NCBI GenBank assembly: GCA_037447435.1
Contig: JBBIGR010000002.1
Location: forward strand, 1 to 64,000
DNA: 64,000 nt
Direction of reading: 5' to 3'
Source of the DNA: Fibrobacteria bacterium
GTDB lineage: Bacteria > Fibrobacterota > Chitinivibrionia > Chitinivibrionales > FEN-1185
The notes under the pieces were generated by a model. It was given only the letters and a program-made list of their open reading frames with translations. It was not told the DNA's origin and made no database searches. The number at the start of each line of letters is the position of its first letter. Position 1 is the stretch's first letter. This document shows positions 50,830 to 59,433 of the stretch, piece after piece. Both the position numbers and the translations under genes were made by a program.

Positions 50830-51747
50830 CTATTTTTCCTTGGTTTTGGCCGGTGCCGCTGCCAAGGCGGCAAATCCCTTATTCATCAATTCGGCTGCCT
50901 TGGTGTCTCGGGCGGCAAACGGATGCCACGGATTCGGACCTTTGTCCGCGCCCAGAACAACGGCAATGACGCGCGCATTGTTGCGGCTGGCGGTGGCAAC
51001 GATCGAATAACCGGCCTGTTTGAAATAGCCGGTTTTGAGGCCGTCACAACCGGAGAAACTCGAGAGCAAATGGTCATGATTGTACATAATGAATTTGCCG
51101 TCCCTAAATTCGCGGCGCTGCGTACCCGTGTATTTCAATGCTTCAGGATGCTTAGTAACGAGCGCGCGGCCAAGCAATGCCAAATCGCGGGCGGTCGTCA
51201 CATCCGGTTCCGCGCCGTCGGTCGGCGGAAGCCCGTGGACAGAGTGGAATGCCGTGTTCGTCATGCCGATTTCTTTGGCTTTCTGATTCATCAAGTCGAC
51301 AAACGCTTCCTTCGATCCGGCAACATGCGTCACCAGCGCGACCGCGGCATCATTGGCCGAATGTACGATCATGGCGTATAACAGATCTTCCACGGGAAAA
51401 TGTTCCCGCGGGTCAAGATACACCTGCGAACCGCCGATTTTCGACGCTTCTACAGTGACCGGCACGCTTTCGTCCAGTTTCACCGCGCCCTGGCTCACTT
51501 TATCGAGTATGACGAATAAGGTCATGATTTTTTGCACGCTCGCCGGATAGCCTTGCTCGTCGGCATGATCTTCGAACAGCACTTTGCCGGTTGCGGCGTC
51601 AATGCAGATCGCACCGACATACGGGGATTTGACGCGATCGGGAATGGTGGTGCGCACCGACGGTGCGGAATGTCTCGCCGAAACAGTGGCTGCCGAAGTC
51701 AATAAGGTAACGCCTATAATCACTGGAACGAATAAACGATTGAGCAT
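50830..51747 (-). CDS. D-alanyl-D-alanine carboxypeptidase (peptidase S11)
   Basis: PASVQK (SxxK), SANDAA (SxN), GLKTGY (KTG); signal peptide. Confidence 0.93.
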   Translation of the reverse strand: MLNRLFVPVIIGVTLLTSAATVSARHSAPSVRTTIPDRVKSPYVGAICIDAATGKVLFEDHADEQGYPASVQKIMTLFVILDKVSQGAVKLDESVPVTVEASKIGGSQVYLDPREHFPVEDLLYAMIVHSANDAAVALVTHVAGSKEAFVDLMNQKAKEIGMTNTAFHSVHGLPPTDGAEPDVTTARDLALLGRALVTKHPEALKYTGTQRREFRDGKFIMYNHDHLLSSFSGCDGLKTGYFKQAGYSIVATASRNNARVIAVVLGADKGPNPWHPFAARDTKAAELMNKGFAALAAAPAKTKEK

Positions 51748-51887
51748 GAGGAATCTCTCTTTCAAGTTGAAATACTGCGCGCGTTGGGAATGATCTATAA
51801 AAATACATGCATTTTCAACTTAAAAATCAAATTTGCGTATCATTTCCGTCTCATGCATCATTTTAAATTTTATGGTACCCGCATTCG

Positions 51888-52337
51888 CTATTGTCCCCAC
51901 AATTTCGGCAACGCATTGCCGGTTTCCATAAGCGTTTTTAAACTGGAAACCACAATGGGCCATCCGTCGGTAATTCCCTTGAGCATTTCCGATCCGCTCT
52001 CCAGGTTTTCATGCGTCACTTTTATCTTTGATACGCCGCGATACGGTTGAATGGTAATGGTTACCGTGGAATGTTTCTCTTTATTATTCTCGTCCTGCGG
52101 GTCGGCCCACGTAATAACGAGGCGCGAGGGTTTGGAATACTCGACCACGGTACCGACCAAATCGATAGACTTTTCGTTGTCGGTGCCTTTATGAGTCCAT
52201 TTTGAACCCGGTTTCCAATCGGAAATGTTTTCATGTTGCCAGTATTTTTCCGTCATTTTCGGATCAAACAGCGCATCCCAGAGTTTTTCCTGCGCAGCCG
52301 AAACATACATTTCGTATTCGAATTTTACTTTATCCAT
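51888..52337 (-). CDS. SRPBCC/Aha1-like domain protein
   Basis: EKLWDAL.DP, SDWKPGS, GTVVE..P.RLVITW, GWPIVVSSLKTLMETG; RBS AAGGAG. Confidence 0.9.
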   Translation of the reverse strand: MDKVKFEYEMYVSAAQEKLWDALFDPKMTEKYWQHENISDWKPGSKWTHKGTDNEKSIDLVGTVVEYSKPSRLVITWADPQDENNKEKHSTVTITIQPYRGVSKIKVTHENLESGSEMLKGITDGWPIVVSSLKTLMETGNALPKLWGQ

Positions 52338-52373
52338 ACGCAATCTCCTTGTTGTTTTAAATCAAACGATGCG

Positions 52374-52431
52374 AAAAGGCGAAACAATCCGCGAGGTACG
52401 GTTTTACTCCCCCGCTAACGATTGTTTCGCC
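52374..52431 (-). terminator. Long hairpin terminator/attenuator after the precursor peptide genes
   Basis: GGCGAAACAATC/GATTGTTTCGCC 12-bp stem followed by TTTT on the minus strand. Confidence 0.6.
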
Positions 52432-52488
52432 GTAGTATTCAGGTATCGGGTCAAGAACCCGAAACCGTACTCACGATGGAAACAACCT

Positions 52489-52722
52489 TCATTTGGCTTT
52501 GAGCCGCGAAACAAGGGTTTGGATATCTATTTGCGATAATGCCCCGCACCCCGAATTGCAGCCGCAATTATCGCCGCTTTCCGCAGCACGGTTCAAATGG
52601 TCCAATGCGCCGGTAAGATTTCCGGAATTTACCAGTAACTCCAACCGCGCATTCCATATCATCGTAGATCCCTCGAGGATCTCGGCCTTGGCCTTTTTAA
52701 TGGCGTCTATGTTTTCCAGCAT
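52489..52722 (-). CDS. Putative RiPP precursor peptide B (77 aa), core AESGDNCGCNSGCGA
   Basis: RBS AAGGAG; paralog of the adjacent ORF; Cys-rich core; next to rSAM/SPASM. Confidence 0.85.
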   Translation of the reverse strand: MLENIDAIKKAKAEILEGSTMIWNARLELLVNSGNLTGALDHLNRAAESGDNCGCNSGCGALSQIDIQTLVSRLKAK

Positions 52723-52759
52723 ATCGATTCTCCTTATTTGCAAAGGTCTTCTTGCAGGC

Positions 52760-52996
52760 CTATTTGGATTTCAAAGCGTTTATTTCCCTGGCAAAATCCT
52801 CCATGCGGAACGCGGCGCCGCATCCGGAATTGCATCCGCAGTTATCGCCCGATTCGGCGGTGCGGTTCAAATGATCCAAAGCACCGGCCAGGTTTCCGGC
52901 GGAAGTCAACGCATCGAGGCGCGCATTCCAAATGGTGAGGGATCCGTTTACTATCTGGGCTTTCGCTTTCTTGATTTCTTCCATTTTTTCAATCAT
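52760..52996 (-). CDS. Putative RiPP precursor peptide A (78 aa), core AESGDNCGCNSGCGA
   Basis: RBS AAGGAG; paralog of the adjacent ORF; directly downstream of rSAM/SPASM. Confidence 0.85.
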   Translation of the reverse strand: MIEKMEEIKKAKAQIVNGSLTIWNARLDALTSAGNLAGALDHLNRTAESGDNCGCNSGCGAAFRMEDFAREINALKSK

Positions 52997-53106
52997 ACCA
53001 AAACTCCTTTTTCTTTTGTTTGGTTTGTCTACTTTCCCCCATTTCTTTCACGCGTCACCATTTCGCCGGATTTTCCCTCCTTTCTGCTATGCCCCCCCCC
53101 TAGAGT

Positions 53107-54432
53107 TCACGTGCACGGAGCAAACGCAACCGCCTTTACCATTGCCTCCCATTCTGAAATGGTCATCGGACAACAAGCCTGCCGGTCATTCATTACGGTC
53201 AAGGGACATTTTCTGCCCTGGCACGGCGGATAGAACAAACACGAAGCGCATTGATCCTCTATTTTTTCATCGATGGTGACCCATTTGGACCACCGTTCTT
53301 TGTCAAGCTGCATTTCGCCGCTTTCCGCGAGAACGCCCACATGGTTCCGGACATCGTCGAAGGCAACTGTACATTTGTAAAGAGTGCCGTCTGCGCCGAC
53401 AACGATCGACGATTCCTTGGCTGCATAGCAAACATTGCCGTGCGGGCGAAGAAATTCCTTTACGGTCTTGTCCGACATTCCCGCGGAAACGGACGTCACG
53501 GTGAGGTCCTTGCGGATGCGGGCCGCGGCTTTGGCATCGCAGATTTCAAGGAGAGAATCGTTGACGCCGCCCCAGCGACCGACCGAATGAAAACTCATCG
53601 AAAACCGCGGGTCGCCGCCGAACAGGGGCACAATTTCCTTTTGCACCCATCTTGTCAATTCCAAGGAATTGACAAGATTATAATTGACCCGGATTTTCAC
53701 CCGGAAATCGCCGTTGTTCCGCTGAAGCGCTTTTAAATTTTCCAGTATTTTTTTATAGGTTCCCCTGCCGTTTCCGAGTTTTCGCGTCGAATCGTGCGAA
53801 GCTTCCGGACCGTCCAGGGTGATTTGGAAATTCCTGATCTCGCTATGCAGCAAGGAATCGATGAGTTCCGCATTCAGCAGATACCCGTTGGTCGTCATGC
53901 TGCTCGTATACGGCACACCCGCTTTTTGGCAACTGCGTATAAAGGATTCCGACAGGTCAGCCACTATTTCTTTTGCAAGAAGCGGTTCCCCGCCGAACCA
54001 ACAGACCGATACCCGTTTGTATTCCGCGGCTTTGCGGTCGACAAGGGATTTCAACCCGGTTACGACACCGGGCGCCATAGCTCCCCGTTCAAATTTTTCA
54101 TAGCAGTATACGCAGCGGAAATTACAGTTTTCATGCGGAAGAACTATGACGCTGAAAACGGAATTGCGTTCCCGTTCAAGCACCTCGTTGACCATTTCCC
54201 GTTCCCGCACATGAGACGGAACAAAAAAGCCGCCGGTACAAAGTTCCTTCAGCATCGGGTCGTCGAGCCGTGATTCATCGTCAAACTCCCCTTGTTCCAG
54301 GATGCGCAGGATCTTTTCCGATTGATAAACGGGTATACGCGCAATGGCACCCATGTAACTGTTGTAGAGAATGAGTTCGCCGGTATCGCATTGCAGCGAG
54401 CATGAATACGATGAGGTACACCAATGGATCAT
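53107..54432 (-). CDS. Radical SAM/SPASM peptide maturase with putative N-terminal RRE
   Basis: CNFRCVYC, WFGGEPLL, TTNGYLL, QITLDG; SPASM CYA..GADGTLYKC..CASC...PCQGRKCP...CCP; N-terminal ILYNSYMG..ELCTGGFFV. Confidence 0.92.
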   Translation of the reverse strand: MIHWCTSSYSCSLQCDTGELILYNSYMGAIARIPVYQSEKILRILEQGEFDDESRLDDPMLKELCTGGFFVPSHVREREMVNEVLERERNSVFSVIVLPHENCNFRCVYCYEKFERGAMAPGVVTGLKSLVDRKAAEYKRVSVCWFGGEPLLAKEIVADLSESFIRSCQKAGVPYTSSMTTNGYLLNAELIDSLLHSEIRNFQITLDGPEASHDSTRKLGNGRGTYKKILENLKALQRNNGDFRVKIRVNYNLVNSLELTRWVQKEIVPLFGGDPRFSMSFHSVGRWGGVNDSLLEICDAKAAARIRKDLTVTSVSAGMSDKTVKEFLRPHGNVCYAAKESSIVVGADGTLYKCTVAFDDVRNHVGVLAESGEMQLDKERWSKWVTIDEKIEDQCASCLFYPPCQGRKCPLTVMNDRQACCPMTISEWEAMVKAVAFAPCT

Positions 54433-54838
54433 AGGTTTTCGCCTCCAATTGACAAATAGTTACTTTTGTCCGATGACGCAGAATCGTCCGCAGCTTGGGA
54501 GTAAGGCATGTACCCCATAGTCCCGGAAAACAGGGTACTTATGAATGGTTTATTTTTTGTAGCGCAAAAACCAAGCCAGTTGAATTCCTGCGTAGTGGCG
54601 GGGTGGCGGCAAACGTCTTATGCCGATTATTTCTTATTATTGAAAAAGTATTTCTCAAAAACGGAACTTGCGGCACTGGCGGCGGATCCGGGTTTTTATA
54701 AATTCCAAAACACCCGGCTCGATTTTATTTTATATTGTATATACAACTTACGGACGAGTCTGAAATAAAATGAAGATTGATGTCCGAAACTTTGAATGTG
54801 GCAGATCGCTTAATACTATAACTTTTTTAGGGGGCTTA

Positions 54839-56437
54839 ATGAAAAAATTCTCCATTCCGGCAATCATTTTTGCCGCAGTCGGCCTTGTCGCTGCGGCAAA
54901 TGTTGCACCGTCACGAGTGCATCCGGGCACTATTTCTTTGGCGCAAACGCCGCAATTCGTTTGCCTCGGGTCCGACGACAATTATTATCCCGACGGCCTA
55001 AACTGGATTGTCAAACTTATCCAATCGAAAACCAACCCAACCGAAAACCCGGTTGTCGCGGGTACTTTCGACGGTATGCCGGCAACCATGTCGTTCTATC
55101 CCAATACCGACAACAGCGAATGGTACGACATCATAGACACCACGGATGTGAACGAATACGGCGCCGACAGCGCATTGAAAATCCAGGCATCGCTTCGGGA
55201 GGCGCTGGCGCACGGCAGCGAAATCGGCAGCCATACGAAGCACCATATGTCAAGTACGTCCTCGACCCTTGCATACTGGTATACTGAAATGGATAGTTCG
55301 CTTAAGGACCTTAAGACCATCGGATTTCCGACCGCAAGCATTGTCGGATTCCGGACTCCTTTTTTACAATATAACGATTTCACGTTCAAGGCCCTCGATT
55401 CCCTGAAAAATTTCAAGTACGATTGTTCAATAGAAAGCGGTTTGGACGATGCGACCGACGGCACCAATTTCGTGTGGCCGTACACGCTCGATAACGGCCC
55501 CTTCACCGGCGACACCGGCTTTCTTGCGGCAACCGACCGCGACACGATCTTTATGAACGACGGCGAACTTGACACAGAGACCATCATGGTCAAAATCGGC
55601 AATCATCCCGGCCTGTGGGAAGCACCGGTATATTGCGTGATCGTACCGCCGGCGCTGCGACATAAGATTTGGCTGCAGACAAAAGACACGATCGCGGTAC
55701 AGCTGTACAAGCATAATCCCGACGGCACGATCGCCACAAACAGAAACGGAGACGCCATCGATTCAGTCGTTGTGCCGGATTCCGTCTTCAGCGTGGATTT
55801 CGATACGACAACCGGGAAAATCACCGGACTCGATTATAATATGTGGTCTGCCCCGGCAAACGACGGCGTGGGTATGGACAGCGCGGAGTTTGTCGAAACG
55901 ATGAAGTATACCCTCGACAGACATCTGTCGGGCAATAGGGCGCCGTTCAATTTCGGCATGCACAGCAATATTTTCTACGATACGTCAGGGTTTATCGATG
56001 AGAGCGCCCAGCAATACGGCAGCATGACATCGCCGCCGCGGGCAACGGTCACGCAAATGCGTAACGCGATGAATGCGTTTATCGACTACGCGATCAGCAA
56101 ACCGGCAGTCCGTTTTGTATCGCAAAGCAACATGATCAACTGGTGCGCAAACCCCGTTCCGCTCAGCGTCCCGCTCGGCGTCGTCAACAATGTATCGTCG
56201 ATCCTTGCAAAAGAACCCGTTGTTTCGTATGTTGCGGGTAAAATTATCGTCCGCGATTTGCCGACACGTTCGCACGTAACGGTATCCCTTTACAATGTTT
56301 TGGGCAAGCGCGTCGATCAAGTGACCGCGAGCGGATCGTCGCTTGTCTGGAAACAGGGCAGCCGTTCGGCAGGCACGTATATTCTCAAAATCGCCGCACC
56401 CGGCCTGGTACGCACAAAATCCATTGTCATGGAATAA
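54839..56437 (+). CDS. Secreted polysaccharide deacetylase (CE4/NodB-like) with C-terminal sorting-like domain
   Basis: Signal peptide; GSDDN, EIGSHTKHH, GFRTPFL, YDCS, WPYTLD, GNRAPF..H; C-terminal LYNVLGK..GTYILK. Confidence 0.85.
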   Translation: MKKFSIPAIIFAAVGLVAAANVAPSRVHPGTISLAQTPQFVCLGSDDNYYPDGLNWIVKLIQSKTNPTENPVVAGTFDGMPATMSFYPNTDNSEWYDIIDTTDVNEYGADSALKIQASLREALAHGSEIGSHTKHHMSSTSSTLAYWYTEMDSSLKDLKTIGFPTASIVGFRTPFLQYNDFTFKALDSLKNFKYDCSIESGLDDATDGTNFVWPYTLDNGPFTGDTGFLAATDRDTIFMNDGELDTETIMVKIGNHPGLWEAPVYCVIVPPALRHKIWLQTKDTIAVQLYKHNPDGTIATNRNGDAIDSVVVPDSVFSVDFDTTTGKITGLDYNMWSAPANDGVGMDSAEFVETMKYTLDRHLSGNRAPFNFGMHSNIFYDTSGFIDESAQQYGSMTSPPRATVTQMRNAMNAFIDYAISKPAVRFVSQSNMINWCANPVPLSVPLGVVNNVSSILAKEPVVSYVAGKIIVRDLPTRSHVTVSLYNVLGKRVDQVTASGSSLVWKQGSRSAGTYILKIAAPGLVRTKSIVME

Positions 56438-56448
56438 TTCCCGCGACT

Positions 56449-56476
56449 CGGGATACCGATTTCTATCGGTATCCCG
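56449..56476 (+). terminator. Hairpin after the deacetylase gene
   Basis: CGGGATACCGAT-TTCT-ATCGGTATCCCG; weak U tract. Confidence 0.6.
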
Positions 56477-56570
56477 CCTCTTGCTTAAAAACAGCCCCTT
56501 AAATCACCTTCTGGCATACATATTGCGTTATATAATTCAAATATCGCAATCATCAGGGGCATTAAAACAT

Positions 56571-57443
56571 ATGAAAACCATTCCGATTTTTGTAATGGCT
56601 TCGGCACTTTTTCTCGCGGCACATTATGCCGCAGCAAGCGAATCGCCCGACTATATTTCTCGCGGCGATTCCGTAGACACCTTTCGATACACCGGCGGAA
56701 ACGGAAAAACCTATTCCGCACAATTACCAAAAAATCGCGCCCCAAACGATTATACGCCAATCGGGTTTGTCAAGCAGCCGTCCTTTATCCGCGGTTCGGG
56801 AACGCTTAACAAAAACGAACATGCCGTTGTCTTGTCTCTCGACGGCGACCTTATTCCGTCGCCGCTCATGCTCGGATACCGATACGGTCTTTTTTATTGG
56901 TGGGACATGGGCGGCGCAAACGGCGTTTTTCAGGCATTCGTACAAACCCGTATGGAAAATTTAAAAACCCGGGAAACCGAAAAATTCTTTTGGTCGAACG
57001 AGTTTCGGGCCGGCTACAAAGTCCATGATGCAAATATCAATAGCAATCTCCGTTTCGACGATCGTTCACTTGTAGGAACCTTCGATAATTCGCTCAGCTA
57101 TCGGCTCGGCAATGCCCGCAGGCAGGCATTGTACCTGCTCTCGGTTTTGTATGTCGATTACGACCTTCATACGCCCCGTCGCCAAACCGATTATTACGTC
57201 ATGCCGGCAATTCTCGGTTTCGAAACAATGATCAAGGAACACGACAGCTTTTTTATCGAGCTCGGCGCCGCATATTCCATAAACGGAATGCAATTCGGCG
57301 ACAATACAAAACTCTACGAAAACACCTGGTTCCCGGTTTTTAGAATCGGCATGGCCATTCGCAGCGGCGCAAATACCGCGATTTATTACACCCGCGAAAC
57401 CAAACCGTTGTCCAGAGGAAAACAACCCAAAGAAGTCAAATAA
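56571..57443 (+). CDS. Exported hypothetical protein, possible outer-membrane beta-barrel
   Basis: Signal peptide; alternating aromatic beta-strands (LGYRYGLF, FIELGAAYS, VFRIGMAI). Confidence 0.65.
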   Translation: MKTIPIFVMASALFLAAHYAAASESPDYISRGDSVDTFRYTGGNGKTYSAQLPKNRAPNDYTPIGFVKQPSFIRGSGTLNKNEHAVVLSLDGDLIPSPLMLGYRYGLFYWWDMGGANGVFQAFVQTRMENLKTRETEKFFWSNEFRAGYKVHDANINSNLRFDDRSLVGTFDNSLSYRLGNARRQALYLLSVLYVDYDLHTPRRQTDYYVMPAILGFETMIKEHDSFFIELGAAYSINGMQFGDNTKLYENTWFPVFRIGMAIRSGANTAIYYTRETKPLSRGKQPKEVK

Positions 57444-57705
57444 ACATTCCATACATTTACCCCTAATACCCCAGATGGCTGCGATTGCATTCGCGTGTGT
57501 CGCATTAGTTTTTCCGCATGGTTACCCAAATTCCCGTTTAGTGCGATTGTACATATTCTTCATTATTCATAAAACCTCTTCCTTTCGCAAATTCAATGGG
57601 AGAAAATGGGAGTCTTTACTTCAAAAAAAAGAATGATTTTGTAAATATTTTAGCGCAGATTCAAAAAAGGTTGCTTATATTACCTTAAATAAGAAGGAGG
57701 TACTC

Positions 57706-59343
57706 ATGTCTCACATCATTAAGGCAGCATCGGTTGTCTGCTGCATGGCTGCGCTTGTTTTGTCCCAAACGCCAAGAAAGCAATTTGAACAATTGACAAC
57801 GGCACGATTGGCCCTGATCCCCGATTTCGTTTTGCCGGACATTTACAAAGACCGTGTTGCGCATCCGCTTCCGGCAAGTGTCGACAACAGTAAACTCAAA
57901 TATTTTCCTCCCTATAATTGGAGCATCGACGGCTGGGCGTGCGCAAACGCAGTCGGAGCTTCGTATTGCTATAATTACGAGGTCCTCAATATGCAGGATT
58001 CGGCAAACCCGAGCGGCTCGCCGAAATTCACGTATGAATATACCTATCATATGCTCAATAGCGGAAACCAATCCACGGGCGGAGACGGCTGGATGTTCAT
58101 AGATGTCTTCGAGCAAGCCAAGAAAACGGGCATCCTGACAAGCAGCGATTTCGGCGGTTTTGAATGGGGAGGCCAATTCGCAGGTTGGGCAAGCGGTTAT
58201 GATAAGTATTACCGCGCAATGAAACTGCGGGCCAGCGAATATTATAAAATCGATGCCACGCTCGCGACGAGCCCGGAGTTGATAAAACAATATCTCTATG
58301 ATCACGGCGACCAATCCGCACACGGCGGCTTGCTTGCGGTCCAGGTCAACGATGCGACCTGGGCAACCGGGACCGTATCGGGCAAACGAGTTTTTACAAA
58401 AATAGGAGGCGGCGGCGGACACGCCCTCACAGTATGCGGCTACGACGACAATTTCGACGGCGGCGCATACTTGCTTTGCGGTAACTGGGGCGAAGGCTTT
58501 TACTGGGCCCCGTACAGTTTGTTCAAAAACGGCGCCGGCTGGTATCCCGACAATACGAGCGATCCGTTCCAGAACAACAAATATTTTATGGGCGTGCGCA
58601 TCAAGAAAAATTACTCGCCCCGTTTCACTTTTAAGGTCAGCCTTACCCACAATCAACGGAATAATGTAACGCTTTCGACCGGTGCCGCAAATTCCACGAC
58701 AGCGTCGGTGCCCACCACGAGCATGAATTACTATGCATTGGTCAATAACACCGGCGGATCGTTGCCTATGTGCGGCGGAGGCCAAAGCTCCACTATCGAG
58801 CTCGGGCTCGACCTCACCGATTTCTCTTCCGTCGTTGCCGGCGGCCAGGGCACTTTCTTTCTTACCGTGACATCAAAGGGCGGCACCGGCCAGGTAAACA
58901 GCTTGTCGCTCATGGACTACAGCGGTGCGACCGTTTCCACAATCGCCTGTACGCAATCCAATGTGGGAATCAACGGCACCATTACCATGAAAATTCCGTG
59001 GACCGGCCCACAATTACCGCCCACGTCGGCATTCGATCGACAGAACGGCATCGTCACCCATCAAGCGAGCGACCTGCAGGTTGGCTATGAACCCGGCATG
59101 CAGGCGTTGCGTTTGACGATTCCTGCGGCCGCGGGCGAAGTACGCGGCGGCACGGTAAAAATCATGGATGTCCGCGGAAACATGGTACTGTCCCGGCCGC
59201 TGTCTTCCCGCACCTTCTCGTGGGACCAAAAAGACCGCGTGGGTAACAAGGTGGCCAAAGGCGCATATATAGCATCTGTCAACCTTGTCGGCCGCGGCGG
59301 CGAATCGAACCTTTTAACGACAAAAGTATTAGTCAAAGACTGA
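57706..59343 (+). CDS. Papain-like (C1) cysteine peptidase homolog with C-terminal FlgD/T9SS-like domain
   Basis: LPASVDNS..YFPP, WACAN, GGHALTVCGYDD, GNWG; C-terminal FSWDQKD..G.KVAKGAYI; RBS AAGGAGG. Confidence 0.78.
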   Translation: MSHIIKAASVVCCMAALVLSQTPRKQFEQLTTARLALIPDFVLPDIYKDRVAHPLPASVDNSKLKYFPPYNWSIDGWACANAVGASYCYNYEVLNMQDSANPSGSPKFTYEYTYHMLNSGNQSTGGDGWMFIDVFEQAKKTGILTSSDFGGFEWGGQFAGWASGYDKYYRAMKLRASEYYKIDATLATSPELIKQYLYDHGDQSAHGGLLAVQVNDATWATGTVSGKRVFTKIGGGGGHALTVCGYDDNFDGGAYLLCGNWGEGFYWAPYSLFKNGAGWYPDNTSDPFQNNKYFMGVRIKKNYSPRFTFKVSLTHNQRNNVTLSTGAANSTTASVPTTSMNYYALVNNTGGSLPMCGGGQSSTIELGLDLTDFSSVVAGGQGTFFLTVTSKGGTGQVNSLSLMDYSGATVSTIACTQSNVGINGTITMKIPWTGPQLPPTSAFDRQNGIVTHQASDLQVGYEPGMQALRLTIPAAAGEVRGGTVKIMDVRGNMVLSRPLSSRTFSWDQKDRVGNKVAKGAYIASVNLVGRGGESNLLTTKVLVKD

Positions 59344-59358
59344 TCCGGATTCTTGGAT

Positions 59359-59404
59359 AAAAAAAAAGCCCGGTCCGCAAGAAAAATACCGGACCGGGCT
59401 TTTT
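59359..59404. terminator. Bidirectional intrinsic terminator
   Basis: A-tract GCCCGGTCCG/CGGACCGGGC T-tract between convergent genes. Confidence 0.85.
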
Positions 59405-59433
59405 ACTTTACGCAATCATTCCCCGAAATCGTC

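Noticed and set aside
52385..52470. Partial resemblance to a c-di-AMP riboswitch or integron attC
   Set aside because: Only short word matches on the non-coding strand; core consensus and paired RYYYAAC/GTTRRRY ends are missing.
52989..53100. Possible third tiny peptide (..KKKEFWYD) and a C9 homopolymer between the rSAM and precursor A
   Set aside because: No correctly spaced RBS, no similarity to the precursors, and the homopolymer is intergenic with no evidence of phase variation.
52493..53233. 246-aa plus-strand ORF across the precursor genes
   Set aside because: Antisense; the minus-strand peptides have RBSs and a synonymous-substitution pattern supporting their frame.
57685..58785. 366-aa minus-strand ORF
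   Set aside because: Antisense to the peptidase-like gene, which has an RBS, signal peptide and motifs.
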